Source: Alphaproteobacteria bacterium (GTDB lineage: Bacteria; Pseudomonadota; Alphaproteobacteria; UBA11073). From it: 64,000 nucleotides of DNA. Made by a program: the position numbers and the translations under genes. This document shows positions 13,507 to 23,113 of this stretch, piece by piece. The DNA is taken from assembly GCA_013289145.1 (NCBI GenBank), contig JABDAM010000001.1:4466-68465 (forward strand). The letters run 5' to 3'. The notes below the pieces were generated by a model. That model searched no databases. It had not been told where the DNA came from and saw only the letters and a program-made list of their open reading frames with translations. The first letter of the stretch is position 1; every line of letters starts with the position of its first letter.

Positions 13507-14585
13507 GCCGCCGCCGAATGCGCGCCGAAAAATTCACGCGACATTTGCACAAAGGCCTTGACGTTTTCTTCACGCGCCTGCGGCGTGACTCCGTGGCCGA
13601 GGCCGCAAACCCAGCCTTGCCGCAATTCCGTAGGCACAGTGGCCATCGCCGTAAAAAACTCTGCCGCGCGCGCGCGGAATTCATCATGCGGCAGCGTCAG
13701 ATAATCTGGATGAAAATTGCCCTGCAACGCCCATCGCGCTCCGTATTTTTGCATCGCATTTGGTAAATTTTGATAATGATCAACGCCAAGGCACGTAATC
13801 GGCAAATCGCGCAACAAATCCCAATATTCGCGCGTCATATGCTTGCCGTAATAAATAATCGGCATATCGGGATAAGCCGCGTTAAAGTCACGCAGTACTC
13901 GCGCCAGATGCGGCAAATAAATTTTTGCGAATAAATCCGGCGCGATATCGCCGCCGCATGAATCGAACATCGCCATCGCGTCCGGGCGCGCGGCGGCCTG
14001 TGTTTTCATGTTTTGCAGCAGCACGGGATGCAACCGCTCCATAAAACCTTTGAACCGCCCGTCCAACAGGCCCGCATGGGCGGAGGAACAATCGCCCTTA
14101 TGCGAACCTTCAACCGCAAAGAAATACAGCGTCAAAGGCGCCCCGACAAAACCGATCAAGCCTTTTTCAGGTGACAGCATCGCACGGGTTTGGCGCAATC
14201 CGTCCGCCTGAAACTCAAAAAAATCGGGGGGGATGTTTGGATTATAATTTTCCAGATCCGCCACTTCACGCAAATGGCTGGCCAGTTTCGGCCCCGGCGC
14301 AAAATCCAATCCAATCCCCATGGCTTCAAGCGGAAACAGAATATCCGAAAACAAAATTGCGGCGTCAAAATCGAAATCGCGCATCGGCCCCATGGCGACT
14401 TCGGCAGCCAATGCAGGCGTTTTACAGACTTCCAAAAACGAATGCTTTGCGCGGATGGACTGATAATGCGCGTGATAACGCCCCGCCTGGCGCATCATCC
14501 AGACCGGCGGCGTGCTGGTATTTTCATGTTTCAATGCAGCGACAAATTTATTCACCATAAAACTCCCTGAGCCATTCACGCGCAT
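13503..14585 (-). CDS. hemE: Uroporphyrinogen decarboxylase HemE
   Basis: PVWMMRQAGRY signature. About 350 aa. Confidence 0.9.
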   Translation of the reverse strand: MRVNGSGSFMVNKFVAALKHENTSTPPVWMMRQAGRYHAHYQSIRAKHSFLEVCKTPALAAEVAMGPMRDFDFDAAILFSDILFPLEAMGIGLDFAPGPKLASHLREVADLENYNPNIPPDFFEFQADGLRQTRAMLSPEKGLIGFVGAPLTLYFFAVEGSHKGDCSSAHAGLLDGRFKGFMERLHPVLLQNMKTQAAARPDAMAMFDSCGGDIAPDLFAKIYLPHLARVLRDFNAAYPDMPIIYYGKHMTREYWDLLRDLPITCLGVDHYQNLPNAMQKYGARWALQGNFHPDYLTLPHDEFRARAAEFFTAMATVPTELRQGWVCGLGHGVTPQAREENVKAFVQMSREFFGAHSAAA

Positions 14586-15552
14586 AACGCGCGGCGTAAG
14601 TGATGATCATTCTCGCGCCCGCGCGGCGCAGCGCGTGCCAATTCTCAATATGCGCAGCACGCGCATCAAGCAGGCCCTGCGCCGCCGCGGCTTCCACCAT
14701 CGCATGCTCGCCGCTAACGTAATAAGCCGCGAACGGCAGTGGAATTTCCGTGGTCAGCCGCGCCAACACATCCAAATAATGCACCGCCGGTTTGACCATC
14801 AAAATATCCGCGCCCTCTTCCGCGTCGCGCAGCGAACAAATTAACGCATCATCCGTGCGGCGAAAATCCATTTGATAAGTTTTGCGGTCTTGCAATTTCA
14901 ATTTTTTATCCGGTGCGGAATCCTGCGCGATGCGGAACGGCCCATAAAACGCGCTAGCGAATTTTGCCGAATAGCTCATGATCGCCGTGCAGTCCAAATC
15001 CGCGTGATCCAACGCCGTGCGGATCGCCGCAACACGGCCGTCCATCATATCAGACGGCGCCACGCAATCCGCGCCCGCCGCAGCACAATCAACTGCCATC
15101 TCAGCCAATGCGGCAGCACTTTCGGGATTTACGACATGATCCATCGCGTCATTCAAAATTCCGCAATGGCCATGTGCCGTCGAAGCGCATAAACATACAT
15201 CCGCCACCAGCCAGATATCTTCGCCGAATTGTTTTTTCAGTGCGGCGATTTGCGATGCCAGAAATGAATGATCAAATTCACGCGTCGACTTCGCCGCAGG
15301 GGATGCAAAGAGCAAAAATTTAGTCGCGCCGTTTTTCAGATCAAATTCCACCTGACGCAATAAACTATCGGGCGTGTCGCGATGCGTGCCTGGAATACCG
15401 GGAACCTCGGCGCGCGCGGGCAAATTCTCCGCAACAAAGAGGGGCTGAATCATTTGACGATGCGATACGTGTATTTCCGCCACCAAATCGCGCATATGTC
15501 GGCTGGCGCGCTGGCGGCGCTGTTTGAGCGGCTGGAGGAGCAGATTTTGCAC
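14548..15552 (-). CDS. hemB: Porphobilinogen synthase (ALA dehydratase) HemB
   Basis: N-terminal RRQR...R..V motif and a HemB-like body. The 38-nt overlap with hemE suggests the ORF-track C-terminus or the hemE start may be shifted. Confidence 0.9.
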   Translation of the reverse strand: MQNLLLQPLKQRRQRASRHMRDLVAEIHVSHRQMIQPLFVAENLPARAEVPGIPGTHRDTPDSLLRQVEFDLKNGATKFLLFASPAAKSTREFDHSFLASQIAALKKQFGEDIWLVADVCLCASTAHGHCGILNDAMDHVVNPESAAALAEMAVDCAAAGADCVAPSDMMDGRVAAIRTALDHADLDCTAIMSYSAKFASAFYGPFRIAQDSAPDKKLKLQDRKTYQMDFRRTDDALICSLRDAEEGADILMVKPAVHYLDVLARLTTEIPLPFAAYYVSGEHAMVEAAAAQGLLDARAAHIENWHALRRAGARMIITYAARYAREWLREFYGE

Positions 15553-15560
15553 AACCTTAA

Positions 15561-17036
15561 TTAATCAAAAAGCGGCAAAACAACAAGGTTTTTTACGCCT
15601 TGCGCACGTAAATAATCGGCCGTTTTACCCGGCCCGCAAACATGCAAAGCGTTTGGGTGCGCGTAAGAATGCAGTGCCGCGAATTGCTGCGCGCTCGACC
15701 ATTCAATCACATCCGCCGCTGCGAGTTCGGCGAGACATTCGGCAGGCGGCATGGGAATTAATTTATATGTCGCGCAAACCTTGGCATCTCCCCAACCTTC
15801 CTGGGCATCGACATGCGTAAAGATTTCCCATTCGCTCAGCGGCGGCAATTGCAACGCCGGATCGGCGATCAGGTTTCGGATAAAATCAAAGCCGAATCCA
15901 TCCGCGCAGCCCTCCACCCACAGACCCCGCGCGGCGAGGTTTTCCCAACTGGTCATGCCTGAAACCCATAGCCGAGTTTGTAAATTAAAATCATCCGGTA
16001 GCGCACGGGAATTGGCGGCAAAAGCAGCGGCAGCATCGCCGGGCAACGCCGATAATTTTTCCATCTGAAAAATCTTGCGCTGCCAGTCGCGCCCGCGCCA
16101 GATTTTTTTGCCTGTATAATCTGGCGCATTCGGGACACACGTTTCGCCTACTGCCCTGCCCGCTTCATTCGCGCCGCGCACGATCGTCACACCAGACTCC
16201 ATATTCGGCAGATCGACGACCGCCACGCCGAAACGCTGATGACAACCGCCGCCGTGGGCGCGCAGGATATCTAATTCATGTTCAATTTGCGCGGCGCTCG
16301 GCGCGTGGTTCAAAACCGATAAAATTTCTAATGTTTGCGCATCACCCGCGCGTGCTTCAATCGCAATCGCCCCTTGCCCCGGCGCGCCCGGGCAGCGCGT
16401 GAGCGGCAAGACCATCCATTTTAAATCACGCAGCAGATCGAACAAAATTTTCCGGCCTTCATCATCGGCATACAAACGCGACAAACCCGCGAAGGCCAAA
16501 ATGATCCCGTCCAGCGCGCGGTCGCCATCCTCACGCAACCGGCGCAAACGCGTGTCAATATTTCCGCGCAGCGGCGCCATTTTGATTTGCGGTGTCCCCT
16601 TCAATTGCGGCAAAGCAGAACGTAAAAATTCCGGCACCAGTTCATTCCGGCGCGGCGCGGAGGTACCGATTTTTATCGCGCGGCCCGTGCGCAAAATATC
16701 TATAATGTCCGGGCGAAACAACGCCACATCATAAGACGGTGCGCGGCGCGGAATCGCGGCGGTTATTAATCCTGCCGGACGCTGCGTGCCTAAATCTTTC
16801 ATCGAATGAACGGCGAAATCAATTTCACCCGATAATAATTTCTCATCAATGTCACGCGTAAAAATACCAACCGTATCCATTTGCCAGAGCGGCGCGGCTT
16901 GGTCGCGGTCGCCATGCGTGATGATGCCGACGAATTCAATTTCCAATCCCGGATGCGCGGCACACAACGTTTCCGCCACTTGACGCGATTGCGCCATGGC
17001 GAGCAAGGATTTGCGCGTCCCCAATCGTAATTTCAT
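15561..17036 (-). CDS. hemC: Hydroxymethylbilane synthase HemC with an about 180-aa C-terminal extension (possibly a HemD-like domain)
   Basis: N-terminus (LGTRKSLLAMAQS) is classic HemC. 491 aa versus about 310 aa typical. The C-terminal part is unassigned. Confidence 0.85.
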   Translation of the reverse strand: MKLRLGTRKSLLAMAQSRQVAETLCAAHPGLEIEFVGIITHGDRDQAAPLWQMDTVGIFTRDIDEKLLSGEIDFAVHSMKDLGTQRPAGLITAAIPRRAPSYDVALFRPDIIDILRTGRAIKIGTSAPRRNELVPEFLRSALPQLKGTPQIKMAPLRGNIDTRLRRLREDGDRALDGIILAFAGLSRLYADDEGRKILFDLLRDLKWMVLPLTRCPGAPGQGAIAIEARAGDAQTLEILSVLNHAPSAAQIEHELDILRAHGGGCHQRFGVAVVDLPNMESGVTIVRGANEAGRAVGETCVPNAPDYTGKKIWRGRDWQRKIFQMEKLSALPGDAAAAFAANSRALPDDFNLQTRLWVSGMTSWENLAARGLWVEGCADGFGFDFIRNLIADPALQLPPLSEWEIFTHVDAQEGWGDAKVCATYKLIPMPPAECLAELAAADVIEWSSAQQFAALHSYAHPNALHVCGPGKTADYLRAQGVKNLVVLPLFD

Positions 17037-17045
17037 GCTCTTGAT

Positions 17046-18311
17046 TTACGCGGCTTCCAGCAAAGCCGCAAGCGCATCCGATTCCATCGGCGCGGCGCGC
17101 AGCAGGTCGTTGCACGCTTTATTCCGCAAAACGCGTGCCAGCGCCTCAACCAGGTGATCAATTTCCTCATCGCTATGCAGCGGCGAAGGCGTCAGGCGCA
17201 AACACTCCTCGCCCCACGGAACGGTGGGATAATTAATCGGCTGAGCGTAAATACCATATACATGCAGCAAAGCGTCGCTGATATTACGGCATAAAATCGG
17301 ATCGCCGATGACGACGGGTACAATGTGCGACGGCGTATGGCGATATTTAATTCCCGCCCCGGCGAGTTTTTGCTTGAGCGCCCCCGCGCGTTCCTGATGC
17401 CGCGCGCGCATGTCGGGCGAGGCGCGCACAATCTGAATGGATTTGAGCGTCGCCGCGCAAATCGCAGGCGGCAGGGACGTCGTAAAAATAAACCCACGGC
17501 CATAAGACCGGATGCAATCCACAATCCGCGCGTCCGCCGCGATATAACCGCCGATCACGCCGAATGCCTTGGCCAGCGTGCCGTTAATGATGGTGATGCG
17601 ATCCATCAAACCGTCACGCTCCGCCACGCCACCGCCGCGCGCGCCGTACAGACCAACGCCGTGCACTTCGTCCAAATAAGTCATCGCGTTATAACGGTCC
17701 GCTAAATCGCAAATCTCGCGGATTGGCGCAAAATCACCGTCCATGGAATAAACGGATTCAAATACGATAATTTTCGGGCGGCATGCATCGATTCCGCGCA
17801 AAATTTCTTCAACATGCGCGGCGTCGTTATGGCGGAAAATATGTTTTTCCACGCGCGCGTCCTGAATGCCGTGGATCATCGAGGCGTGATTTTTCTCATC
17901 TGACAAAATCACCAAATCCGGAAAAATTTTTCCCAGCGTCGCGAGTGTCGTCTGGTTCGCGACATAAGCCGATGTGAACAGCAACGCGGATTCTTTGCCA
18001 TGCAAATCCGCGATCTCTTCTTCCAATAACAAATGATAATTCGTCGTGCCGGAAATGTTTCGCGTCCCGCCGGAACCCACGCCCACCTGCCCTGCCGTCT
18101 CCGCCAGCGCGCGCACCACGTCAGGATGATTGCTCATGCCCAGGTAATCGTTGCTGCACCAAACGGTGATTTCGGATTGCGAATATTTGCACGGGCGGTA
18201 CGTCGCGCGCGGATACTTTCCTTGAACACGCGACATGTTTTTGAATTTGCGGTAATTGCCCTTTTCCTGGAGCTCCTCAATTTTCGCCGCAAAGACGTTA
18301 TTGTAATCCAT
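17046..18311 (-). CDS. hemA: 5-aminolevulinate synthase (ALAS, PLP-dependent)
   Basis: [23 protein letters not shown] start is typical of alphaproteobacterial ALAS. ATG at 18309-18311. The 30-codon upstream extension in the ORF track is rejected. Confidence 0.9.
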   Translation of the reverse strand: MDYNNVFAAKIEELQEKGNYRKFKNMSRVQGKYPRATYRPCKYSQSEITVWCSNDYLGMSNHPDVVRALAETAGQVGVGSGGTRNISGTTNYHLLLEEEIADLHGKESALLFTSAYVANQTTLATLGKIFPDLVILSDEKNHASMIHGIQDARVEKHIFRHNDAAHVEEILRGIDACRPKIIVFESVYSMDGDFAPIREICDLADRYNAMTYLDEVHGVGLYGARGGGVAERDGLMDRITIINGTLAKAFGVIGGYIAADARIVDCIRSYGRGFIFTTSLPPAICAATLKSIQIVRASPDMRARHQERAGALKQKLAGAGIKYRHTPSHIVPVVIGDPILCRNISDALLHVYGIYAQPINYPTVPWGEECLRLTPSPLHSDEEIDHLVEALARVLRNKACNDLLRAAPMESDALAALLEAA

Positions 18312-19341
18312 TTGCACTCCCGCACGGACAAGCATCACAATGGGCCGGGCAAATCCGGCGGCCCTGTGGCGGAATGTACGGCGGCGAAGGATTCGCCGCA
18401 ACCTGTAAAACCAGACTGCGCAGTTCCTGTATAAAGGCCGGGTGCGTGGAAACCGTGGGAACGCGGCCGTAAAACGGAATACCCTGATCTGCGGCGATAT
18501 GGCCGTATTCTTTATCCAGTTCCACCAAGGTTTCCAGGTGTTCGGAAACGAATGCGAGCGGAATAATGACCAAAGGCACTTTTTCCTCCGCCGCGCGGTG
18601 GATTTCGTCGATGGTATAGGGCTCCACCCATTTTAGCGGTCCCACGCGGCTTTGGTATGTGACTAACCAATCCAGCCCCGGTTCATTCAGTGCGGCGGCG
18701 ATGGCGGCGGCGCTGCGCTGCACCTGAATGCAATAAGGATCGCCGTGATCGCGCACGATTTTTTCCGGCAGGCCATGCGCGGAAAACAGGATGCGCGGCG
18801 TGCCGTGTTTTTTCGCTTCAGCCAAAACGGGCCAAGCCAGATCCGCTTGCGCCCGCACGTAACCGGGCGCGTCAGGGAAACAGCAAATGGTTTGCGTGGG
18901 GATGTTCAGCCCGTGCGCCGCGGCGGCCTGTTCCCATACGCGGACGAATGATGAAGTCGTGGTCGTTGAGAACTGCGGATAGAGTGGCAGTAAAATTACA
19001 CGTTCGGCGCCCCACCCTTTTACTTGACGCACGGTTTCGTCCGCCATGGGGTGCCAGTAACGCTGGGCGGTGAAGATTTTATATTCGCCGCCCAATGCGG
19101 TCTGTAATGCCTCCGTCTGCGCCAAAGTGTTTTTCTGTATCGGCGAGCCGCCGCCCATTATATCGTATTGCGGCGCGACTTTCGGCGCGCGGGTGGTGGA
19201 AATCAGCCAGGCGAGCGGCGTGCGCAACCATCCGGGCAAATCAATAATCGCGGGATCATTGAATAGGTTATACAAAAACGGCTGAATGGCCTCGCGCTTG
19301 TCGGGGCCGCCCAGGTTGTAAATGACGACTGCGGTTTTCAC
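18298..19341 (-). CDS. hemH: Ferrochelatase HemH with a C-terminal Cys-rich tail
   Basis: N-terminus [10 protein letters not shown]. About 347 aa. C-terminal [10 protein letters not shown]. Confidence 0.9.
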   Translation of the reverse strand: MKTAVVIYNLGGPDKREAIQPFLYNLFNDPAIIDLPGWLRTPLAWLISTTRAPKVAPQYDIMGGGSPIQKNTLAQTEALQTALGGEYKIFTAQRYWHPMADETVRQVKGWGAERVILLPLYPQFSTTTTSSFVRVWEQAAAAHGLNIPTQTICCFPDAPGYVRAQADLAWPVLAEAKKHGTPRILFSAHGLPEKIVRDHGDPYCIQVQRSAAAIAAALNEPGLDWLVTYQSRVGPLKWVEPYTIDEIHRAAEEKVPLVIIPLAFVSEHLETLVELDKEYGHIAADQGIPFYGRVPTVSTHPAFIQELRSLVLQVAANPSPPYIPPQGRRICPAHCDACPCGSANGLQ

Positions 19342-19344
19342 GCC

Positions 19345-19908
19345 TTAGGGTTTAAACTTCCCCGTGATTTCCGCAATCCGTTTGCCAAACAATTTCGCCG
19401 TTTCGATGTCGCCGGATGGCGGTGAAACTTCAGGCGATTCATTATTCGCCTGTGTCATCAGGCCGGAAAAGCTGCCGACGCGGTTGATGTCGGTGGATTT
19501 CGCGACGTCCGTACCTGTGGGATCCGGACCGCGTTCGGTTTGACCGGTCCAAATCATGCCGTGCTGCATCGAGAATACCATCATATATGTGAGGGTCGAA
19601 AGTTTATCGCCGCTGGCGGAATGCGAATTGGTGAAACCCGCCGCGATTTTGTCTTGCCATTCGGACGCGAACCAGCGTTTGGATGAGGTATCGGCGAATT
19701 TTTTGAACTGCCAGGACACCGTGCCCATATAGGTGGGCGAGCCGAAAATGATCGCGCGCGCAGCGTCCAGTTTGGACCATTCGGCATCGGTGATGTTGCC
19801 TTCGGCGTCGATGGCGATCAGGTCGGCTTTCGCGCCTTCGGCGACGGCCTGCGCGACTTTGGCGGTGTGGCCGTAGCCGCTGTGATAAACAACTGCGATG
19901 TTTGACAT
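19345..19908 (-). CDS. wrbA: Flavodoxin-like NAD(P)H:quinone oxidoreductase (WrbA family)
   Basis: IAVVYHSGYGHTAKVAQAVAEGA resembles the WrbA N-terminus. 187 aa. Confidence 0.7.
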   Translation of the reverse strand: MSNIAVVYHSGYGHTAKVAQAVAEGAKADLIAIDAEGNITDAEWSKLDAARAIIFGSPTYMGTVSWQFKKFADTSSKRWFASEWQDKIAAGFTNSHSASGDKLSTLTYMMVFSMQHGMIWTGQTERGPDPTGTDVAKSTDINRVGSFSGLMTQANNESPEVSPPSGDIETAKLFGKRIAEITGKFKP

Positions 19909-19956
19909 GGTGTTCTCCCGTTTGGTGTCAGAGAGATAGGAAGGATTTGACCCGAG

Positions 19957-20541
19957 TCAAGCGCCGCACAATTCGAGGAACCGCCGGTGCATCGGCGACG
20001 GCGTGTCGGGCGACAGTTCGGGGTGGAAGGTTGTCGCCATCGTATGGCCATATTCCACCCAGACGGGATGACCGCCATGTTCCGCCAGGATATTCACGCC
20101 CGCGCCGACAGTTTCGATCACGGGCGCGCGGATGAAGGCGACGTCATAGCCGTTGACCTGAGCATGAAAACTGTCGAGCTGGCTGCCGTAGGCGTTGCGC
20201 TGGACGCGGATCGGTAAAGCGCCGAAGGAGAATTGGGCGGGGTTAGTGACTTCATCGGCCAGCAGGATAGCACCCGCGCAGATGCCCCAGGCAGGGCGGG
20301 ATTTGACGAAGGCGCCAATGGGCTCGCGCAGGTGGTAGTAATCCATGATCCGCAGCATGGCGGAACTTTCCCCGCCGGGGAGGATCAGGCCGTCGAGGGC
20401 CGCCAAGTCTTCGGCATGGCGCACCTCCACGGGCTCGGCGCCCCCCATTTCATTGAGAGCGGCGATGTGGGGGTAATGCGGGGTGACGGCGCCTTGCAGC
20501 GCGAGAACTCCGATGCGATACATGAGGTGATAGATGGCCAT
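19957..20541 (-). CDS. pdxT: Pyridoxal 5'-phosphate synthase glutaminase subunit PdxT. The start could be 20523 or 20541.
   Basis: RIGVLALQGA...LILPGGES...GICAG...FHPE triad motifs. Confidence 0.85.
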   Translation of the reverse strand: MAIYHLMYRIGVLALQGAVTPHYPHIAALNEMGGAEPVEVRHAEDLAALDGLILPGGESSAMLRIMDYYHLREPIGAFVKSRPAWGICAGAILLADEVTNPAQFSFGALPIRVQRNAYGSQLDSFHAQVNGYDVAFIRAPVIETVGAGVNILAEHGGHPVWVEYGHTMATTFHPELSPDTPSPMHRRFLELCGA

Positions 20542-20966
20542 CCCCCGCCGCCCGTCAAGAGCCCGAACATAGCCAACCCCGAAAATGCGGAACAATCCCA
20601 TGCACCCGCCGTCTCGGGTTTTTATGTTACGAATTTAATCGTATCTTGGTAAGATTATTATACAACTCTCTCTCATCGTTTTGCTAAGCAATGCCTTAAG
20701 ATAAATTCCCTTCTCCCTGTAGGAAGAAGGTGGCGCAAAGCGCCGGATGAGGGGAGGATGAAAAGGAGGAAAGATCAGTTTTTATCCTGACACCTCCCCT
20801 CACCCGATTTGCTAAGTTCGTTCGCTGCGCCCCTCACTAAGCAAATCTGCCCTCTCCCTACCGGGAGAGGGGAAGCTTTAAAGGGCAAAGTATGAAAGTA
20901 ATAACCATTTTGACAAATAATCCATGGATATGATAAGGTTACACATAACTTTTAAGGAGAAACTTT

Positions 20967-22070
20967 ATGTCTGAAGATCAACGCCCCTCCTTGTGGGAGC
21001 TTTTTAATGTATCCAACACAATCAGTTTACGGGTTCCCGAAGAGGAGCTTATTAACGCAGTCCGTTCAGGACATTATAATGTTAATGCGTTTCTTGATAA
21101 ATTGAATGGTCCGGTGCTTTCCTTTGCGGCACGCATTCCTGGTTTGATTAGTTTGAATGCTGTAGAAGAGCTCCTCCGTGCCGGCGCCGAAACCTGCCCA
21201 GAAGCAAGTCCCTATAAAGGTGGGTGGTCAGCTCTGTTTGAGGCAGCAAATTATGGCAACCTCGCGTACTTAGAGCTTTTCCTAAAGTATCATGCCGACG
21301 CCAAGGAGGTGGGACACAACAACTATACAGCGCTCCACGTAGTAGCGGAAAGAACCAAAGGGAATCCGGAAGACAGAGCAAAGATGGTTGATCTGCTGGC
21401 GGCGGCAGGCGCCGATATCAACGCAAAAACGGCAGACAACGAAACCCCGGTATCACTAGCCGTTAAAGCTGGGAATGTTCCAGTCGTGCTGCGTTTATTT
21501 GCTCACGGCGCGAGCCCCTATCAAACTATGGCCGTAGCGGAAGAGACAGCGAATGGGCAAAAGGAATACAAGCAAAAAGGATTATTGGATCTGGCAACAA
21601 CGGAAGGCATGAAAGACGCCATCCGGCAGGTTCAAGCGGAGCGGAATAAAGAATTCCTCACTCCTTCAAATACACAAAAGGACGTGACGGACCTGAAACA
21701 AATGGTATCGGATCTGACGGATGAGATTGAGGGTCTGAAGGAGGAAGTTGCAAATTTGAAGGATCAAGTTGCAGATTTGAACGGAGCCAATGGGCGTCTG
21801 CAAGGCTGGCGGATAGATCTGGAAAATACGTTAATGGAGCAAGATATTAAAGTGCCGCCCAGACCCTTTGTCCTGGGTGAATCGGCGTTGAATGGCGCGT
21901 CTTATTTGGCAGGAGATGATAATGAGCCGCCAACAGAACCAAGATCCCGTCATGCGACAAATTTTGTAAGAACCGGCCTAGCCGCAGGTGTTGCTCCCGC
22001 AGAGCCAGGGGAGAAGATCGGCGCTAAACCATGGCGCGGCGGTTTCCGCCCGGGCGGCGCGGCGCTGTAA
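20967..22070 (+). CDS. Ankyrin-repeat protein with a central coiled coil, lower G+C. Candidate secreted effector.
   Basis: ANK repeats (NYTALHVVAE...DLLAAAGADINAKT...TPVSLAVKAGNVPVVLRLFAHGASP). A heptad-like LKQMVSDLTDEIEGLKEEVANLKDQVADL stretch. A/T-richer codons than its neighbours. Confidence 0.75.
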   Translation: MSEDQRPSLWELFNVSNTISLRVPEEELINAVRSGHYNVNAFLDKLNGPVLSFAARIPGLISLNAVEELLRAGAETCPEASPYKGGWSALFEAANYGNLAYLELFLKYHADAKEVGHNNYTALHVVAERTKGNPEDRAKMVDLLAAAGADINAKTADNETPVSLAVKAGNVPVVLRLFAHGASPYQTMAVAEETANGQKEYKQKGLLDLATTEGMKDAIRQVQAERNKEFLTPSNTQKDVTDLKQMVSDLTDEIEGLKEEVANLKDQVADLNGANGRLQGWRIDLENTLMEQDIKVPPRPFVLGESALNGASYLAGDDNEPPTEPRSRHATNFVRTGLAAGVAPAEPGEKIGAKPWRGGFRPGGAAL

Positions 22071-22967
22071 TCACCACCCGCGTTTCGCGAGGCGTTGGTC
22101 GGCGTCTATCGTTGCGATTTCAATCCCGCGCATGGCCGCCGGCAGGTTTGTTGATGCCGCCAAAAGATCCGCCGGAGTTTTGTAATGGGCGGTGGCTTTG
22201 ACGATGGCGCGCGCGAATTTCGCGGGATCTTCAGATTTGAAAATGCCGGAGCCGACAAAGACGGCTTCAGCGCCCAATTGCATCACCAGCGCCGCATCGG
22301 CTGGCGTCGCCACGCCGCCCGCGGAGAAATTCGGCACGGGCAAGCGGCCCAGGCGGCGGACTTCGTGCAGCAGTTCATAAGGTGCGCCGAGGTTTTTGGC
22401 TTCGGTCATCAATTCGGCTTCGTCGAGCGACAGCACGCGGCGGATATCCTGGTTGATCTGGCGCATGTGGCGCACGGCTTCAACGACGTTGCCCGTACCC
22501 GCCTCGCCTTTGGTGCGGATCATGGCCGCGCCTTCGCCGATCCGGCGGAGGGCCTCGCCCAGGTTGGTCGCGCCGCAGACGAAGGGAACTTTGAAGGCAT
22601 GCTTGTCGATGTGGAAATTATCGTCGGCGGGAGTCAGGACTTCGCTTTCGTCGATATAATCGACGTTCAAAGCTTCGAGAATTTGCGCTTCGGCGAAATG
22701 GCCGATGCGGCATTTCGCCATGACGGGGATATTGACGGCTTTTTGTACGGCCTGGATTAGTTCCGGCGGCGACATGCGCGCCACGCCGCCGTCGCGGCGG
22801 ATGTCGGACGGCACGCGCTCTAATGCCATCACGGCAACCGCCCCGGCATCCTCGGCAATCTTAGCCTGATCGGCGGTGACGACGTCCATGATGACGCCGC
22901 CCTTAAGCATTTCAGCAAGGCCGGTTTTAAGGTTGCGCGGAGAAGTGGCGGTGGGTTTTGCGTTCAT
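22071..22967 (-). CDS. pdxS: Pyridoxal 5'-phosphate synthase lyase subunit PdxS
   Basis: MNAKPT...LKGGVIMDV...AVMALERVP is PdxS-like. ATG at 22965-22967. The ORF-track extension to 23090 runs through the tRNA and is rejected. Confidence 0.9.
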   Translation of the reverse strand: MNAKPTATSPRNLKTGLAEMLKGGVIMDVVTADQAKIAEDAGAVAVMALERVPSDIRRDGGVARMSPPELIQAVQKAVNIPVMAKCRIGHFAEAQILEALNVDYIDESEVLTPADDNFHIDKHAFKVPFVCGATNLGEALRRIGEGAAMIRTKGEAGTGNVVEAVRHMRQINQDIRRVLSLDEAELMTEAKNLGAPYELLHEVRRLGRLPVPNFSAGGVATPADAALVMQLGAEAVFVGSGIFKSEDPAKFARAIVKATAHYKTPADLLAASTNLPAAMRGIEIATIDADQRLAKRGW

Positions 22968-23010
22968 GATTATATCTAGTCTATTTTGTTCGCAGAACAA
23001 AAACAAAGGC

Positions 23011-23096
23011 TGGTGGGTGGGGTAGGATTCGAACCTACGTACGCTCACGCGGGCGGATTTACAATCCGCTGCCATTAACCACTCGACCACCCACCC
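23011..23096 (-). tRNA. tRNA-Tyr (anticodon GTA) with a long variable arm, CCA encoded
   Basis: Reverse complement folds as a cloverleaf: acceptor GGGTGGG/CCCACCC, anticodon loop gattGTAaatc, long extra arm. Confidence 0.9.
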
Positions 23097-23113
23097 AGGA
23101 TGATAAGGAACGC

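Noticed and set aside
18312-18401. 30-codon N-terminal extension of ALAS overlapping hemH
   Set aside because: ALAS homology begins at MDYNNVF. The extension is Arg-rich out-of-frame read-through of hemH.
19345-19908. Flavodoxin-like gene next to hemH considered as HemG (menaquinone-dependent protoporphyrinogen oxidase)
   Set aside because: The sequence resembles WrbA (VVYHSGYGHTAKVAQAVAEGA) rather than HemG. An FAD-type HemY-like oxidase is already present in the cluster.
22968-23090. ORF-track N-terminal extension of pdxS ([26 protein letters not shown]...)
   Set aside because: It is the translation of the tRNA-Tyr gene and its flank. PdxS homology begins at the internal Met (ATG 22965-22967).
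23011-23096. Integrated mobile element at tRNA-Tyr, tRNA-Leu or tRNA-Val
   Set aside because: No integrase, no direct repeat of a tRNA 3' segment, and no phage-like genes in the flanks. The shared tRNA trailer and the nearby ORFans are noted instead.
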